Assembly (NCBI GenBank): GCA_965212055.1
Contig: OZ243041.1
Location: 1 to 64,000, forward strand
Source of the DNA: Fidelibacterota bacterium
GTDB lineage: Bacteria; Fidelibacterota; Marinisomatia; Marinisomatales; Marinisomataceae
DNA length: 64,000 nt
Reading direction: 5' to 3'
Of this stretch, positions 41,456 through 51,228 are shown in pieces. Both the position numbers and the translations under genes were made by a program. Position 1 is the first letter of the stretch. Each line of letters starts with the position of its first letter. The notes under the pieces are model-generated. The model made no database searches. It was not told the origin of the DNA and saw only the letters and a list, made by a program, of their open reading frames with translations.

Positions 41456-42446
41456 CAAAAACCAGCTTACCAAGAACCCTTCTTTCAGCAATTGCCTTAA
41501 TTGACGCAACGGCGTCTTTCATTGGAACCGTGTTTGAAATAAAAGGAGTAATTTTTCCCTCGCTAAGCAACCTTCCTATTTCAGCTAGATTTTTTGTGTT
41601 TTGCTTTGGCTCTGTGGCCTGAAACCTGCCAATAAAAACGCCGGAAACAGCACACCCTTTTAAAAGCATTAGGTTGGTAGGAAAGGATGGGATTTTTCCA
41701 CCAGCAAAACCAACTACCAAGTAGGTTCCCGCCCAACCAATTGCCCTTAGGGCTGGTTCGGCATAACAGTCACCAACCGGGTCATATATAATGTCGTAAC
41801 CGCCTTTTGTGCTTTTCGATTTTAACTCTTGTGTAAAAGCAATCTGTTCTTCTTTGTTTAGTTTGTCTGTTCCGTAAACAACAACCTCGTCTGCTCCGTA
41901 GCTAGCACAAACCTCAGCCTTCTCTTTGGTAGAAACTGCGGCCACAACCCGTGCACCATATGCTCTTGCGATATCAACTGCCGCAAGACCAACCCCGCCA
42001 GAAGCCCCCAAAACCAAAACCTCGTCACCGTTTTTAATGTTTGCTCTTTGTACAAGGGCGTGGAAGCTTGTGGTGTAAACCATAAACATTCCGCCAGCCA
42101 CATGAAACGGTAGCTCTTTAGGCAGGGGAAACACAAAATTTTCTGGAACAACAATTTTTTCAGCAAATGCCCCAAAGCCCTTAAAAAAAGCTACCTTGTC
42201 ACCAACTTCAAAAGAAGAAACCTTCTTTCCAACGCCGCTCACGATCCCCGCGCCCTCATGTCCGGGAGAGAAGGGGAGCTCGGGCTTAAATTGATAAAGC
42301 CCCCGAACAATAAGGTTGTCTGGATAGTTTAGCCCAGCGGCCTTTACATCAACAACTATCTCGTTGTCTTCCGGGACCGGATCTGGAACCTCTTCCCAAG
42401 AAAGGCTTTCTACTGGGGCAAACTCTTTGCACATAATCGCTTTCAT
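41445..42446 (-). CDS. NADPH:quinone oxidoreductase (MDR family)
   Basis: GLNYPD, PFSPGHEGAG, GASGGVG and VGFAGG motifs. Confidence 0.9.
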   Translation of the reverse strand: MKAIMCKEFAPVESLSWEEVPDPVPEDNEIVVDVKAAGLNYPDNLIVRGLYQFKPELPFSPGHEGAGIVSGVGKKVSSFEVGDKVAFFKGFGAFAEKIVVPENFVFPLPKELPFHVAGGMFMVYTTSFHALVQRANIKNGDEVLVLGASGGVGLAAVDIARAYGARVVAAVSTKEKAEVCASYGADEVVVYGTDKLNKEEQIAFTQELKSKSTKGGYDIIYDPVGDCYAEPALRAIGWAGTYLVVGFAGGKIPSFPTNLMLLKGCAVSGVFIGRFQATEPKQNTKNLAEIGRLLSEGKITPFISNTVPMKDAVASIKAIAERRVLGKLVFVND

Positions 42447-42458
42447 TTTTATTTCCTC

Positions 42459-43943
42459 TTAATGTTTAAAAACCCTTGTTCCGGTAAACACCATTGAAAT
42501 TCCGTGTTTATCACAGGCCCCTATAACCTCTTTGTCTTTTATGGACCCTCCGGGCTGTATGATTGATTTTATTTTATATTTTGCCATTAAGTCAACAGAA
42601 TCTCTAAAAGGAAAAAAAGCATCTGAAGCAAGAACCGCACCACTAGGAATCTTGGTTTTTGTTAGTGCATATTTTACGGCATCAATCCTGCTTGTTTGTC
42701 CTCCAGAGATGCTAACAATTTTTTTGTTGTGCGCCACCACAATAGCGTTTGATTTTGCATGCTTTACCGCTTTCCATGCAAGCGCAAGGGTTGAAAGCTG
42801 GGCTTTTGTTGGAGATTTTTTGGTAACCGTTTTTAGTTTTGAAGCGTCTGTCTTTGAAAGGTCTGTTTCTTGTATAACCCATCCGCCAGCAATTTCTTTT
42901 CCAAAACTTTTTTTGGGTTTGTATTTTTCAAGAGAAAGCACTCGAAGGTTTTTCTTTTTTGAAAAAAGAGACAACGCCCCACTGTCAAAGCTGGGGGCAA
43001 TAATAATTTCAAAAAAAACCTTGTTTAGCTCTTTCGCCGTTGAAAGACCACATCTTTTGTTCATTGCAACAACCCCACCAAAAGCCGAAAGAGGGTCTAC
43101 TTTTAGCGCATTTAAAAAAGCGGTTTTTGGTGTTTTGCCAGAACCAAGACCGCAAGGAGAGCCGTGTTTTACAATTATGCAGGAAGGCTCTTTAAATTCA
43201 TAAAGACACAAAAGGGCTGCCTCCCCATCTAAAAAGTTATTATAGGACATTTCTTTTCCTTGGATTTGTTTTGCTTGTGGGAGACCAAAGGACTTGTGTT
43301 TTTCTTTTAAAACAAAAGCTTTTTGGTGTGGGTTCTCTCCATATCTTAAGTGCAGTGCGGCCTCTTCTAGCTCTGTTGAAATTGCACGATCATAAGAAGC
43401 ACAGTGGTCAAACGCCTTACCAGCAAACTTCAATCGGTCTTTTTCGCTTATTCCACCACCACTAATTGATTTTTGTATACCTTTATAGTCTTTGGGGTCA
43501 ACCACAACAGAAACCCATTTGTTATTTTTTGCGGCAGAACGAATCATTGTTGGTCCACCAATGTCAATGTTTTCAACTTTTTCTTCAAGGGTTGCTTTTG
43601 GGTTTTTTGTAACAGCCTCAAAGGGGTAGAGGTTGCACACCACAAGATCAATCCACCCTATTTTGTTTGTTTTAGCTTCTTTTTTATGAACATCTCTTTG
43701 GCCTAAAATTCCGCCAGCAATTTTTGGGTGCACCGACTTTACTCTTCCGTCAAAAATTTCGGGAAAATTTGTTATTGACGAAATAGAAACAACAGGAACC
43801 CCCGCGCCTTTTAAGGTTTTTGCTGTTCCTCCGGTAGCAATAATTTTTATTTTTTTCTTTTTTAAAAATTTTCCAAAAGAAACAAGCCCTGACTTGTCAG
43901 AGACAGACAAAAGAGCTGTTTTTGGCACTATTTTTTTATTCAT
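42459..43943 (-). CDS. purH: AICAR transformylase/IMP cyclohydrolase
   Basis: ALLSVSDK, GRVKSVHP, IDIGGP, LRYGENPHQ, SDAFFPF and IQPGGS motifs; true start is ATG 43943. Confidence 0.96.
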   Translation of the reverse strand: MNKKIVPKTALLSVSDKSGLVSFGKFLKKKKIKIIATGGTAKTLKGAGVPVVSISSITNFPEIFDGRVKSVHPKIAGGILGQRDVHKKEAKTNKIGWIDLVVCNLYPFEAVTKNPKATLEEKVENIDIGGPTMIRSAAKNNKWVSVVVDPKDYKGIQKSISGGGISEKDRLKFAGKAFDHCASYDRAISTELEEAALHLRYGENPHQKAFVLKEKHKSFGLPQAKQIQGKEMSYNNFLDGEAALLCLYEFKEPSCIIVKHGSPCGLGSGKTPKTAFLNALKVDPLSAFGGVVAMNKRCGLSTAKELNKVFFEIIIAPSFDSGALSLFSKKKNLRVLSLEKYKPKKSFGKEIAGGWVIQETDLSKTDASKLKTVTKKSPTKAQLSTLALAWKAVKHAKSNAIVVAHNKKIVSISGGQTSRIDAVKYALTKTKIPSGAVLASDAFFPFRDSVDLMAKYKIKSIIQPGGSIKDKEVIGACDKHGISMVFTGTRVFKH

Positions 43944-44509
43944 TTTTTCCAACCTCTTATCGCTTCTATAAAAGCTTCGCCCTCTAGTTTTTGAACCTTG
44001 TTTTTTAAAGAACCAACAGTGTCCTCCGGCCCCACAACACACCTTTTCTGAACCAAAATTGGCCCCCCATCTACCTTGGCTGTCACAAGGTGAATAGTAC
44101 ACCCGGTTTCTTTGTCTTTCGCATCCAAAACTTGTTGATGAACGCTTTCGTTCATTCCTCCAGCATGTTTTGGCAACAAAGAGGGGTGTACGTTTATAAT
44201 TTTCCCTTCCCAGTCCGAAACAAACCCCCTAGAAAGGATTCTCATAAACCCAATAAGCAAAACCAAATCTACCTCTTTTCCTTTCAACCTATCAGAAATT
44301 TCTTTGTCAAAACCCTCTCTAGCCCTATCCCTGTGGTCAATAAAAAAATGATCAATATTGTATTTTTTTGCTTTTTCTAAAATAAGAGCGTCCTTGTTGT
44401 TGCTAATGACGACCTCAACAGATGCGCCCAGCTTTCCTTTTTGGATTGCGTCCACAATTGGCACAAGATCAGTTCCTTTTGTTGACCCCAAAACACCTAA
44501 ACGAATCAC
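43940..44509 (-). CDS. purN: Phosphoribosylglycinamide formyltransferase
   Basis: GFMRIL, NVHPSLLP, GCTIH and VDGGPI motifs; GTG start at 44509 overlaps the purD stop. Confidence 0.93.
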   Translation of the reverse strand: MIRLGVLGSTKGTDLVPIVDAIQKGKLGASVEVVISNNKDALILEKAKKYNIDHFFIDHRDRAREGFDKEISDRLKGKEVDLVLLIGFMRILSRGFVSDWEGKIINVHPSLLPKHAGGMNESVHQQVLDAKDKETGCTIHLVTAKVDGGPILVQKRCVVGPEDTVGSLKNKVQKLEGEAFIEAIRGWKK

Positions 44510-45816
44510 TGCCGCACCTTTTTCATATTTTCTATTCTTTTTTGTATTAAAGCAGCTGTTCCAATGTCTTTTCTGTGAAAAAGATTTCCAACCACCCGAG
44601 AAATCCCCGCCTCTGCTTTTTGTTCCGCCCCAGAGACTTCTTTGTCTACCCCAACACACGCTACGGTTCTTGACCCCGTCGCAATAATCTTGTTTTCATC
44701 TTCTTTTACTGCGGCAAAAAAAAGGCTATCAATGTCCACGTTTTCTATCGAAACAGCGAACCCTTTTTCTGGGCTGTCAGGGTACCCGTTTGGCACAGCA
44801 TATTTGCAAACCGTTGCCTGTGGCTCAAACTTTACGTCGATATTTTTTAGCGAACCATCAAGAATGTGATTGCAGATGTCAAAAAAATCAGTTTTTAATA
44901 GCGAAAGAACATTCATTGCTTCTGGGTCTCCAAGCCTTGCGTTGTATTCAATTACCTTTATTCCGCCCTTTGTTGCCATGAACCCGCCGTACAAAAACCC
45001 CTTAAACCTTGTTCCTGTTGTTCTGTAGAGTTCTTTTGCAACTTTTTCATTTGTTTTTTGTGCGTCGCCAATATCTTTTTTGGAAAGAAAGGGAAGAGAG
45101 TGGTTTGGAAAAGAATATGTTCCCATACCCCCAGTGTTTGGCCCAACGTCCCCCTCAAATGCCCTTTTATGGTCTTGTACTGCTGGCATGTGGGCACAGC
45201 TTTTCCCGTCACAAAAGCTCATCAAAGAAAACTCTTCTCCCACAAGCTTTTCTTCCACCAGAAAAGTTCCCCCCATGTTTATAATTTTTTTGCAATACCC
45301 CAAGGCTTCTTCTGAAGAAAAAAGGTGTTCTCCGGAAACCTTTACACCCTTCCCTCCCATAAGCCCATCATATTTAACAACGTAGCTCCCCCCAAGTTTT
45401 TGCAAAAACCTTTCTACTCCTTCAAGAGACGAAAACTCTTTCCTTTTTGGGTTTTTTTCTGGAGAACACCTGTCCAATATGTTTCTTGCAAAGCTTTTGC
45501 TTGTTTCGATTCTTGCTACATCTTTTTTTGGAGCAACACACGGAAACCCCTCTTCTTCCAGCGCGTCCACGAGACCGTTTTCTAAGGGGTTTTCTGGTCC
45601 TATTATGGCAAAATCTATAGCAAGCTTTTTAGCAACAGCTACTATTGTTTGGTTCTCTGAAAGGGGGGACATAAAATATTTTTCACACAAAACATTAATG
45701 TGTGGATTGATAGAAGGGCTCAAGCAAAAAAGAGAAACGAGCCGACTGCTTTCTTTGATTTTTCTGGCGATGGCAACCTCTCTTGCCCCAGACCCAACCA
45801 AAAGAACCTTGCTCAT
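44506..45816 (-). CDS. purD: Phosphoribosylamine-glycine ligase
   Basis: GSGARE, GPENPL, QDHKRA, GPNTGGMG and EYNARLGDPE motifs. Confidence 0.96.
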   Translation of the reverse strand: MSKVLLVGSGAREVAIARKIKESSRLVSLFCLSPSINPHINVLCEKYFMSPLSENQTIVAVAKKLAIDFAIIGPENPLENGLVDALEEEGFPCVAPKKDVARIETSKSFARNILDRCSPEKNPKRKEFSSLEGVERFLQKLGGSYVVKYDGLMGGKGVKVSGEHLFSSEEALGYCKKIINMGGTFLVEEKLVGEEFSLMSFCDGKSCAHMPAVQDHKRAFEGDVGPNTGGMGTYSFPNHSLPFLSKKDIGDAQKTNEKVAKELYRTTGTRFKGFLYGGFMATKGGIKVIEYNARLGDPEAMNVLSLLKTDFFDICNHILDGSLKNIDVKFEPQATVCKYAVPNGYPDSPEKGFAVSIENVDIDSLFFAAVKEDENKIIATGSRTVACVGVDKEVSGAEQKAEAGISRVVGNLFHRKDIGTAALIQKRIENMKKVRQ

Positions 45817-47270
45817 GATTTTCTAACGACTTCTGCCCTGCTTTTTTCTAAGTTTTCTAGAAAGCTTTTAGAAATTTCTCCCGCACGATACTTGCCAGAA
45901 AAAACAGAGTCTTCAAAAGAGGTGATCTTGGGATTTCCAATATGCGCTGCCATTTTTAAAGCATCCAGGTCTTGATAGATTAGCTCATCTGCACCAATAG
46001 CTTTTTTTATTGCTTTTTCTGTCTTTCCATGCGCAATTAGCTCAGACGTTGCTGGCATATCAATTCCATAAATATTTTGATACCTAACCGGTGGGGCTGC
46101 AGAAGCAAAATAAACCTTTTTTGCCCCAGCTTTTCGCGCCATTTCAATTATTTTTTTTGAGGTATTTCCCCTTACAATGGAATCATCAACTAGTAAAACA
46201 TTTTTATTTCTAAACTCAATTTCAATCGGCCCGAGCTTGTGTTTTACAGACTTTTTTCTAACGCTTTGGCCAGGCATTATGAACGTTCGCCCAATATATC
46301 TGTTTTTAATAAATCCTTCGCGATACTTAACTCCCAAGTGGTAAGCAACCTGCATTGCAGAGGTTCGGCTTGTGTCTGGGACCGGAATAACAACTTCAAC
46401 ATCAAGATGTGCATATTCTTTTTTTATTTTTTCGCCCAAGAAATCACCCATTCTTAATCGAGCCTTATGAACAGAAATAGAGTCAATTGTTGAGTCGGGT
46501 CTTGAAAAGTAAACAAACTCAAACAGGCACGGAGAAAGCACAGAGTTCTTTACGCACCTCTTTTTAGACACCTTGCCGTCTTCGCCAATTATGACCGTTT
46601 CCCCGGGGGCCACATCTCTCACAAGATCATAGCCTAGGGCACTTAAAGCTGCGCTCTCTGAGGCAACCATGTACGCATTTTTTTGTTTACCAATTACCAG
46701 GGGCCTAATTCCGTTTGGGTCTCTAAAAGCAACAAGACCAACTCCAGCGACCAAAGCAACAACAGCATACCCGCCCTCACATTTTTTAAAAACATTTTTT
46801 AAAGCAGAAAAAACATGGGCCTCTTTTAGTGTTCTAAAGTTTGTTTTATAAAGTTCATATGCAAAAAGGTTAAGCAAGACCTCAGAATCAGACTGCGTAT
46901 TAAATTGACAAAAATGTGTTTTTAATAAAGCTTCTTTAATTTTTTCGCTGTTTGTTAGCGTTCCGTTGTGTGCAAGAGAAATGTTAACAGGGTTGGCAGA
47001 ATAAAAAGGTTGTGCCTCCGCCACATTGTCGCTCCCTGCGGTTGGATAGCGAACATGCCCAACACCAATATTTCCTCCCAGCTTTAAAGCTTCATTTGTT
47101 TTAAAAACCTCAGTTACCACCCCAAGGTTTTTATAAAGAGACATTTTTTCTTTGTCCCAGGTACAAATTCCAGCTGCGTCTTGTCCGCGGTGTTGAACCT
47201 GGATAAGTCCATCATAAATTTCCCCAGCCACATCTTTGTTCTTATGATATATTCCGACTATTCCGCACAT
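45813..47270 (-). CDS. purF: Amidophosphoribosyltransferase
   Basis: MCGIVG, QHRGQD, VDDSIVRG and YGIDMP motifs. Confidence 0.97.
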   Translation of the reverse strand: MCGIVGIYHKNKDVAGEIYDGLIQVQHRGQDAAGICTWDKEKMSLYKNLGVVTEVFKTNEALKLGGNIGVGHVRYPTAGSDNVAEAQPFYSANPVNISLAHNGTLTNSEKIKEALLKTHFCQFNTQSDSEVLLNLFAYELYKTNFRTLKEAHVFSALKNVFKKCEGGYAVVALVAGVGLVAFRDPNGIRPLVIGKQKNAYMVASESAALSALGYDLVRDVAPGETVIIGEDGKVSKKRCVKNSVLSPCLFEFVYFSRPDSTIDSISVHKARLRMGDFLGEKIKKEYAHLDVEVVIPVPDTSRTSAMQVAYHLGVKYREGFIKNRYIGRTFIMPGQSVRKKSVKHKLGPIEIEFRNKNVLLVDDSIVRGNTSKKIIEMARKAGAKKVYFASAAPPVRYQNIYGIDMPATSELIAHGKTEKAIKKAIGADELIYQDLDALKMAAHIGNPKITSFEDSVFSGKYRAGEISKSFLENLEKSRAEVVRKS

Positions 47271-47272
47271 TT

Positions 47273-48622
47273 TTAATACTTTTTTAAAATTTCCTTAATT
47301 TCTCCCAAGTATGTTGATGGGGTTAGGCACAGAAGGGCGCCCCTGTCTTCTTCTGCAATGTTCAAGCTATTCACAATTGCCAAATATTTTTCTTTGTCAA
47401 GCCCTGTTCCTCGAGTAATTTTTTTAATTTTTTCATAAGCACCCGCATCCCCATTTTTTCTTAAAATCGTTTGAAGGGCTTCTGCTAAAACCCCCCAATT
47501 GTTTTCTAGCTCTGCTTCTGCCTGGTTTTTGTTGGGCCTAATTCTTGCCAAGCCGTTGACTATGTTTTTATATGCTAAAAGACTGTGCCCAAAGCTGGTC
47601 CCAACATTTCTAAAAAGAGTGCTTCCGCTCAGGTCTCTTTGAAGCCTTGACCTGCAAAGCCTAGAAGACAAAAACTCTAACCCCGAATTTGCAAGCTCGA
47701 GGTTTCCTTCTGCATTTTCAAAGGCAATTGGATTAATTTTGTGAGGCATGGTGCTAGAGCCCACCTCGCTGGCCCTGTTTTTTTGTATGAAAATATTTCT
47801 TTCGATATACAGCCACATATCAACGCTCATATCTGTTAAAATATTATTTATTCTTATAATGTTTTGTAGCAGCTCCGCCAACGAATCATTTGGTTCAACC
47901 TGCGTTGTAATCGGATTGTTTTTTAATCCAAGGGTTTTAATAAATCTTTCAGAAAAAGAAACCCAAGAACCTTTTGGAAAAGCGGTTTTGTGTGCAGCAA
48001 GCGTGCCCGTTGCACCAGAAAACTTTGCTAACAAATCACGTTTTTTTAACTGCTCAACCTGCCTAGAAAGCCGCACGTGGAAAACAGCCATTTCTTTTCC
48101 AAGAGAGGTTGTGGTGGCGGGCTGTCCATGCGTTAGCGCCATCATCGGAAAGTCTTTATTTTGAGACACCAATTTTTTTAGAGCCCCAGACAGTTCTTTC
48201 AGGCTTTTTAACAGAGAAGACCGGACGGCCCCCTTAATCATTAAAGAATAAGCAGTGTTGTTTATGTCTTCTGAGGTTAGCCCAAAATGTACCCACGGTA
48301 CCAGCGCCCCTGAAACATTTTTTTCTATTTTTTTAGACAAATACTGTACAACGGCGTTAACGTCGTGCTTTGTTCTTGCTTCAATTCTTTTAATTGCATT
48401 GTATTCTTTTTGATCAAAGTTTGAATAAATTTTTTCCAGTTTTTGTTGGTCTTTCCTGTTAAGAGAAATAAGTTTTTTTAGCGCTCGATGTTTTGACAAA
48501 AAAATTAAATATTTAATTTCCACATATAATCGAAACCCCATTAAAGCTTGTTCTGAAAAATATTCATTAAGCTCGCTGACCTGCTTTTTATATCTGCTGT
48601 CTAGTGGAGAAATGTTGCTCAT
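47273..48622 (-). CDS. purB: Adenylosuccinate lyase (E. coli-like long type)
   Basis: ISPLDSRY, HFGLTSEDINN, THGQPA and GSSTMPHKINP motifs. Confidence 0.96.
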   Translation of the reverse strand: MSNISPLDSRYKKQVSELNEYFSEQALMGFRLYVEIKYLIFLSKHRALKKLISLNRKDQQKLEKIYSNFDQKEYNAIKRIEARTKHDVNAVVQYLSKKIEKNVSGALVPWVHFGLTSEDINNTAYSLMIKGAVRSSLLKSLKELSGALKKLVSQNKDFPMMALTHGQPATTTSLGKEMAVFHVRLSRQVEQLKKRDLLAKFSGATGTLAAHKTAFPKGSWVSFSERFIKTLGLKNNPITTQVEPNDSLAELLQNIIRINNILTDMSVDMWLYIERNIFIQKNRASEVGSSTMPHKINPIAFENAEGNLELANSGLEFLSSRLCRSRLQRDLSGSTLFRNVGTSFGHSLLAYKNIVNGLARIRPNKNQAEAELENNWGVLAEALQTILRKNGDAGAYEKIKKITRGTGLDKEKYLAIVNSLNIAEEDRGALLCLTPSTYLGEIKEILKKY

Positions 48623-49014
48623 AGGTTTTCTAGGTTTAAAACCCTGTAAACAGCTAAAGCACAGTTTCCCGGATCAAGAACAGTCAAAACAGGTGTGTTG
48701 CTTGGCATTTGTAAGGTGGAGTGAATGTTTATGCTCATATCAACCTTGTCTTTAAAGGGAGGGCAGGCAAAGGTTGGCTTTTCTGTGTTGGCTGCAACAA
48801 AACCAGACAAAGCATTTGATCTTCCGGCTATAGTAACAAAGGCGACCCTATCGCCCTTTTTATAAGACCGAATAATTTCTAAAACCTTTTCAGGGCTTTT
48901 GTGTGCAGAAGCAACAAATACTTCAAAGCCAACCTCAAGCCCTTCTAGCGAAGATGTAATTTTTTCAGCGTGGCCCCTGTCAGAGTCAGAGCCCATAATT
49001 AAAATAGCTTTCAT
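48619..49014 (-). CDS. purE: AIR carboxylase PurE, class II-like
   Basis: MGSDSD, SAHK, IAGRSNALSG and QMPS motifs; 131 aa. Confidence 0.9.
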   Translation of the reverse strand: MKAILIMGSDSDRGHAEKITSSLEGLEVGFEVFVASAHKSPEKVLEIIRSYKKGDRVAFVTIAGRSNALSGFVAANTEKPTFACPPFKDKVDMSINIHSTLQMPSNTPVLTVLDPGNCALAVYRVLNLENL

Positions 49015-49985
49015 AGTGTCTCCTTAATGTTTCGTGATATTCTTTTGTTGATGTTTGTTAAATCAGGAAACGAAAACTTTTTTCCTGTTATTAATTCATA
49101 AAGCAATATATATCTTGCCGAAAGCTCAACAACCAATTCGTCCGGGGCTTCAGGCAGGATTTTGTCTTTGTATGGATCGCAGTTTTTTGCAAACCATAGC
49201 CTTAAAAATTCTTTGTCTATATTTTCTGGTTCTTTGCCAGCACGAAGACGCTCTTTGTAGGTTGTTTCAATCCAATACCTGCTTGAGTCTGGGGTATGGA
49301 TTTCATCAACAAGTTTAATTATTCCATCTACCCCTCGTCCAATTTCGTATTTTGTGTCTACCAAAATCAAGCCATTTTCTTTCGCAACCCTTTGCCCATA
49401 GCTAAAAAGCTCCAAACTCATTTTTGCTGCAACATCAAAATCGCTTTCTGACATTAGCCCCAAGTCAATAATTTCTTGTTTAGAAACAGGCCTATCATGA
49501 ACCTTGTCTTTTGTGGTTGGAGTTAACATTGGCTCATTAAGCTTGTCGTTTTTTCTTAAGCCTTCTGGCAAACTGTTTCCACAATATTCTCTTGCGCCGC
49601 CGTTGTAAACTGTCCACAAAGACGTTTCCGTTGTTCCTGTTATGTATCCTCGCACAACAAACTCAATAGGAAAAACATCACACTTTTCTACCAAGGAAAC
49701 GTTTGGGTCCGGAACAGAAATTAAATGATTTGGAAAACGGTCTTTTGTTTTTGTAAACCACCAAGCGCTTACAAGGTTTAACACAGCGCCCTTGTATGGA
49801 ATTGCTGCCAAAACCCTATCAAAAGCACTTTGTCTGTCAGTGGAAACCATTAATACTTTGTTGTCTAAAAAGTATGCATCACGAACCTTGCCAGCTTTTT
49901 TGTTTGGGACGTTAATTGTGGTGTCCTGAATAGTATTACCCAGGTTTTCTTGAATCGCCTGATAATATTTTTTGTCAATATTCAT
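49011..49985 (-). CDS. purC: SAICAR synthetase
   Basis: GKVRD, DRQSAFD, EFVVRGY, LVDTKYE and DEIHTPDSSRYW motifs. Confidence 0.95.
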   Translation of the reverse strand: MNIDKKYYQAIQENLGNTIQDTTINVPNKKAGKVRDAYFLDNKVLMVSTDRQSAFDRVLAAIPYKGAVLNLVSAWWFTKTKDRFPNHLISVPDPNVSLVEKCDVFPIEFVVRGYITGTTETSLWTVYNGGAREYCGNSLPEGLRKNDKLNEPMLTPTTKDKVHDRPVSKQEIIDLGLMSESDFDVAAKMSLELFSYGQRVAKENGLILVDTKYEIGRGVDGIIKLVDEIHTPDSSRYWIETTYKERLRAGKEPENIDKEFLRLWFAKNCDPYKDKILPEAPDELVVELSARYILLYELITGKKFSFPDLTNINKRISRNIKETL

Positions 49986-51228
49986 GACAGACTTGTGAAA
50001 TAGGGTTGGACAAAATATGACTATTTATAATTAAATCCACGTCTTTTTTTAATTGATTTCTTTTCGAACCAATTTCCCAAACAACGCCTTTTTGAACGCT
50101 TTTAACACCATCAAAACCAAATCTCTTCTGCAAAATTTCCTTAATTTTCCTTCCTTCTATGTTTTCTTTTTCTCGAACTAAAAACCGTTTTGTTTCGTTT
50201 GCCTTGCCAAGCCTAACCACAAACTCTTTGCTGGGGTTAAATAACACGTCTGTTTTATAAATCTCTTCCAGGCTTAGTCTTTTGTTGGTCTCGATTTCAA
50301 AATGAAGGTATTTTTTTATTGTTGTATCTGCGCCGATCTTTTGAGCACATTTTTCTACAGAGCCGGCCTCGTTGTCAGCAATAATCATTGATATAACAAC
50401 CTCTTTTGTTGCTGAAGGTTTTTCAAAAGACGAAAGAACAGTTTTTCTGGCAGCATATTTTAAAGCTTTGTAGCTATACTTTTTTTCTTCCACCACATAT
50501 TTGTTCATCGCCCTAAAGACAGCGTCGCCCTCACCGCCAATTGTTCTTTCTGGGTGTGGCATAATTGCCATGGCGTTGCCGGACAGGTTGCTTAAAGCCG
50601 CAATACTATCAACAGACCCGTTGGGGTTTGTGGGGAAATCCGACGCCAGATTGCCGTTCTTGGTACAGTAGCGGTACGAGGCAAGGTTGTTTTCTTTTAT
50701 GACACCACTCAATTTTTTGCTCACCACAAACCTTCCTTCTGCATGGGCCAAAGGAACGTTAAGAACGCCACCATTTTTTTCTATAAAAGCCGACCTGCTT
50801 TTTTCGTTTGGTTTGATGTGGCACCATGCGTTGAAGTATCCCGTACCAACGATTTGCCCGTTTTGAACGCGCTTGTTTTGTGTTAAACCAACCACGGTTC
50901 CGAAATTTTTGTTTCCAGGAACAATTCCGCTTTCAACCAAAATTTGAGCACCGTTACAAATACCTAAAACAGGCTTTCCCAAAACAACCTCTTTTTTAAT
51001 TTCTTCTATAATGGGGTCTAATGACGCAATAATACCAGACCTTGAACGATCTTCGTATGAAAAGCCACCTAAAATAATATACCCATCACAAGCCCTCAGC
51101 TGAGAAGGGGGGTCATTCCAAAAATGAGGCACCGCCAGCATGTTGTTTCTTTCAAGGGCTGCAACGGTTTCGTTTTCTGTGTTAGACCCAGGAAACTGTA
51201 TAAAAGCAATTTTGGGCTTACTGCTCAT
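49975..51228 (-). CDS. purQ: FGAM synthase glutaminase PurQ with a C-terminal tandem PurS-like extension
   Basis: FPGSN, GGFSYED, GICNG (Cys91), AHAEGRF, NPNGS and MPHPER, plus about 170 extra residues containing two PurS-like repeats. Confidence 0.9.
   Translation of the reverse strand: MSSKPKIAFIQFPGSNTENETVAALERNNMLAVPHFWNDPPSQLRACDGYIILGGFSYEDRSRSGIIASLDPIIEEIKKEVVLGKPVLGICNGAQILVESGIVPGNKNFGTVVGLTQNKRVQNGQIVGTGYFNAWCHIKPNEKSRSAFIEKNGGVLNVPLAHAEGRFVVSKKLSGVIKENNLASYRYCTKNGNLASDFPTNPNGSVDSIAALSNLSGNAMAIMPHPERTIGGEGDAVFRAMNKYVVEEKKYSYKALKYAARKTVLSSFEKPSATKEVVISMIIADNEAGSVEKCAQKIGADTTIKKYLHFEIETNKRLSLEEIYKTDVLFNPSKEFVVRLGKANETKRFLVREKENIEGRKIKEILQKRFGFDGVKSVQKGVVWEIGSKRNQLKKDVDLIINSHILSNPISQVCHEY

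Noticed and set aside
42532..43203. 223-aa plus-strand ORF
   Set aside because: It lies antisense to purH and is explained by purH codon structure.
43944..44659. Long N-terminal extensions of PurH and PurN in the ORF track
   Set aside because: They overlap upstream genes in other frames; homology starts at 43943 (purH) and 44509 (purN), with typical stop/start overlaps.
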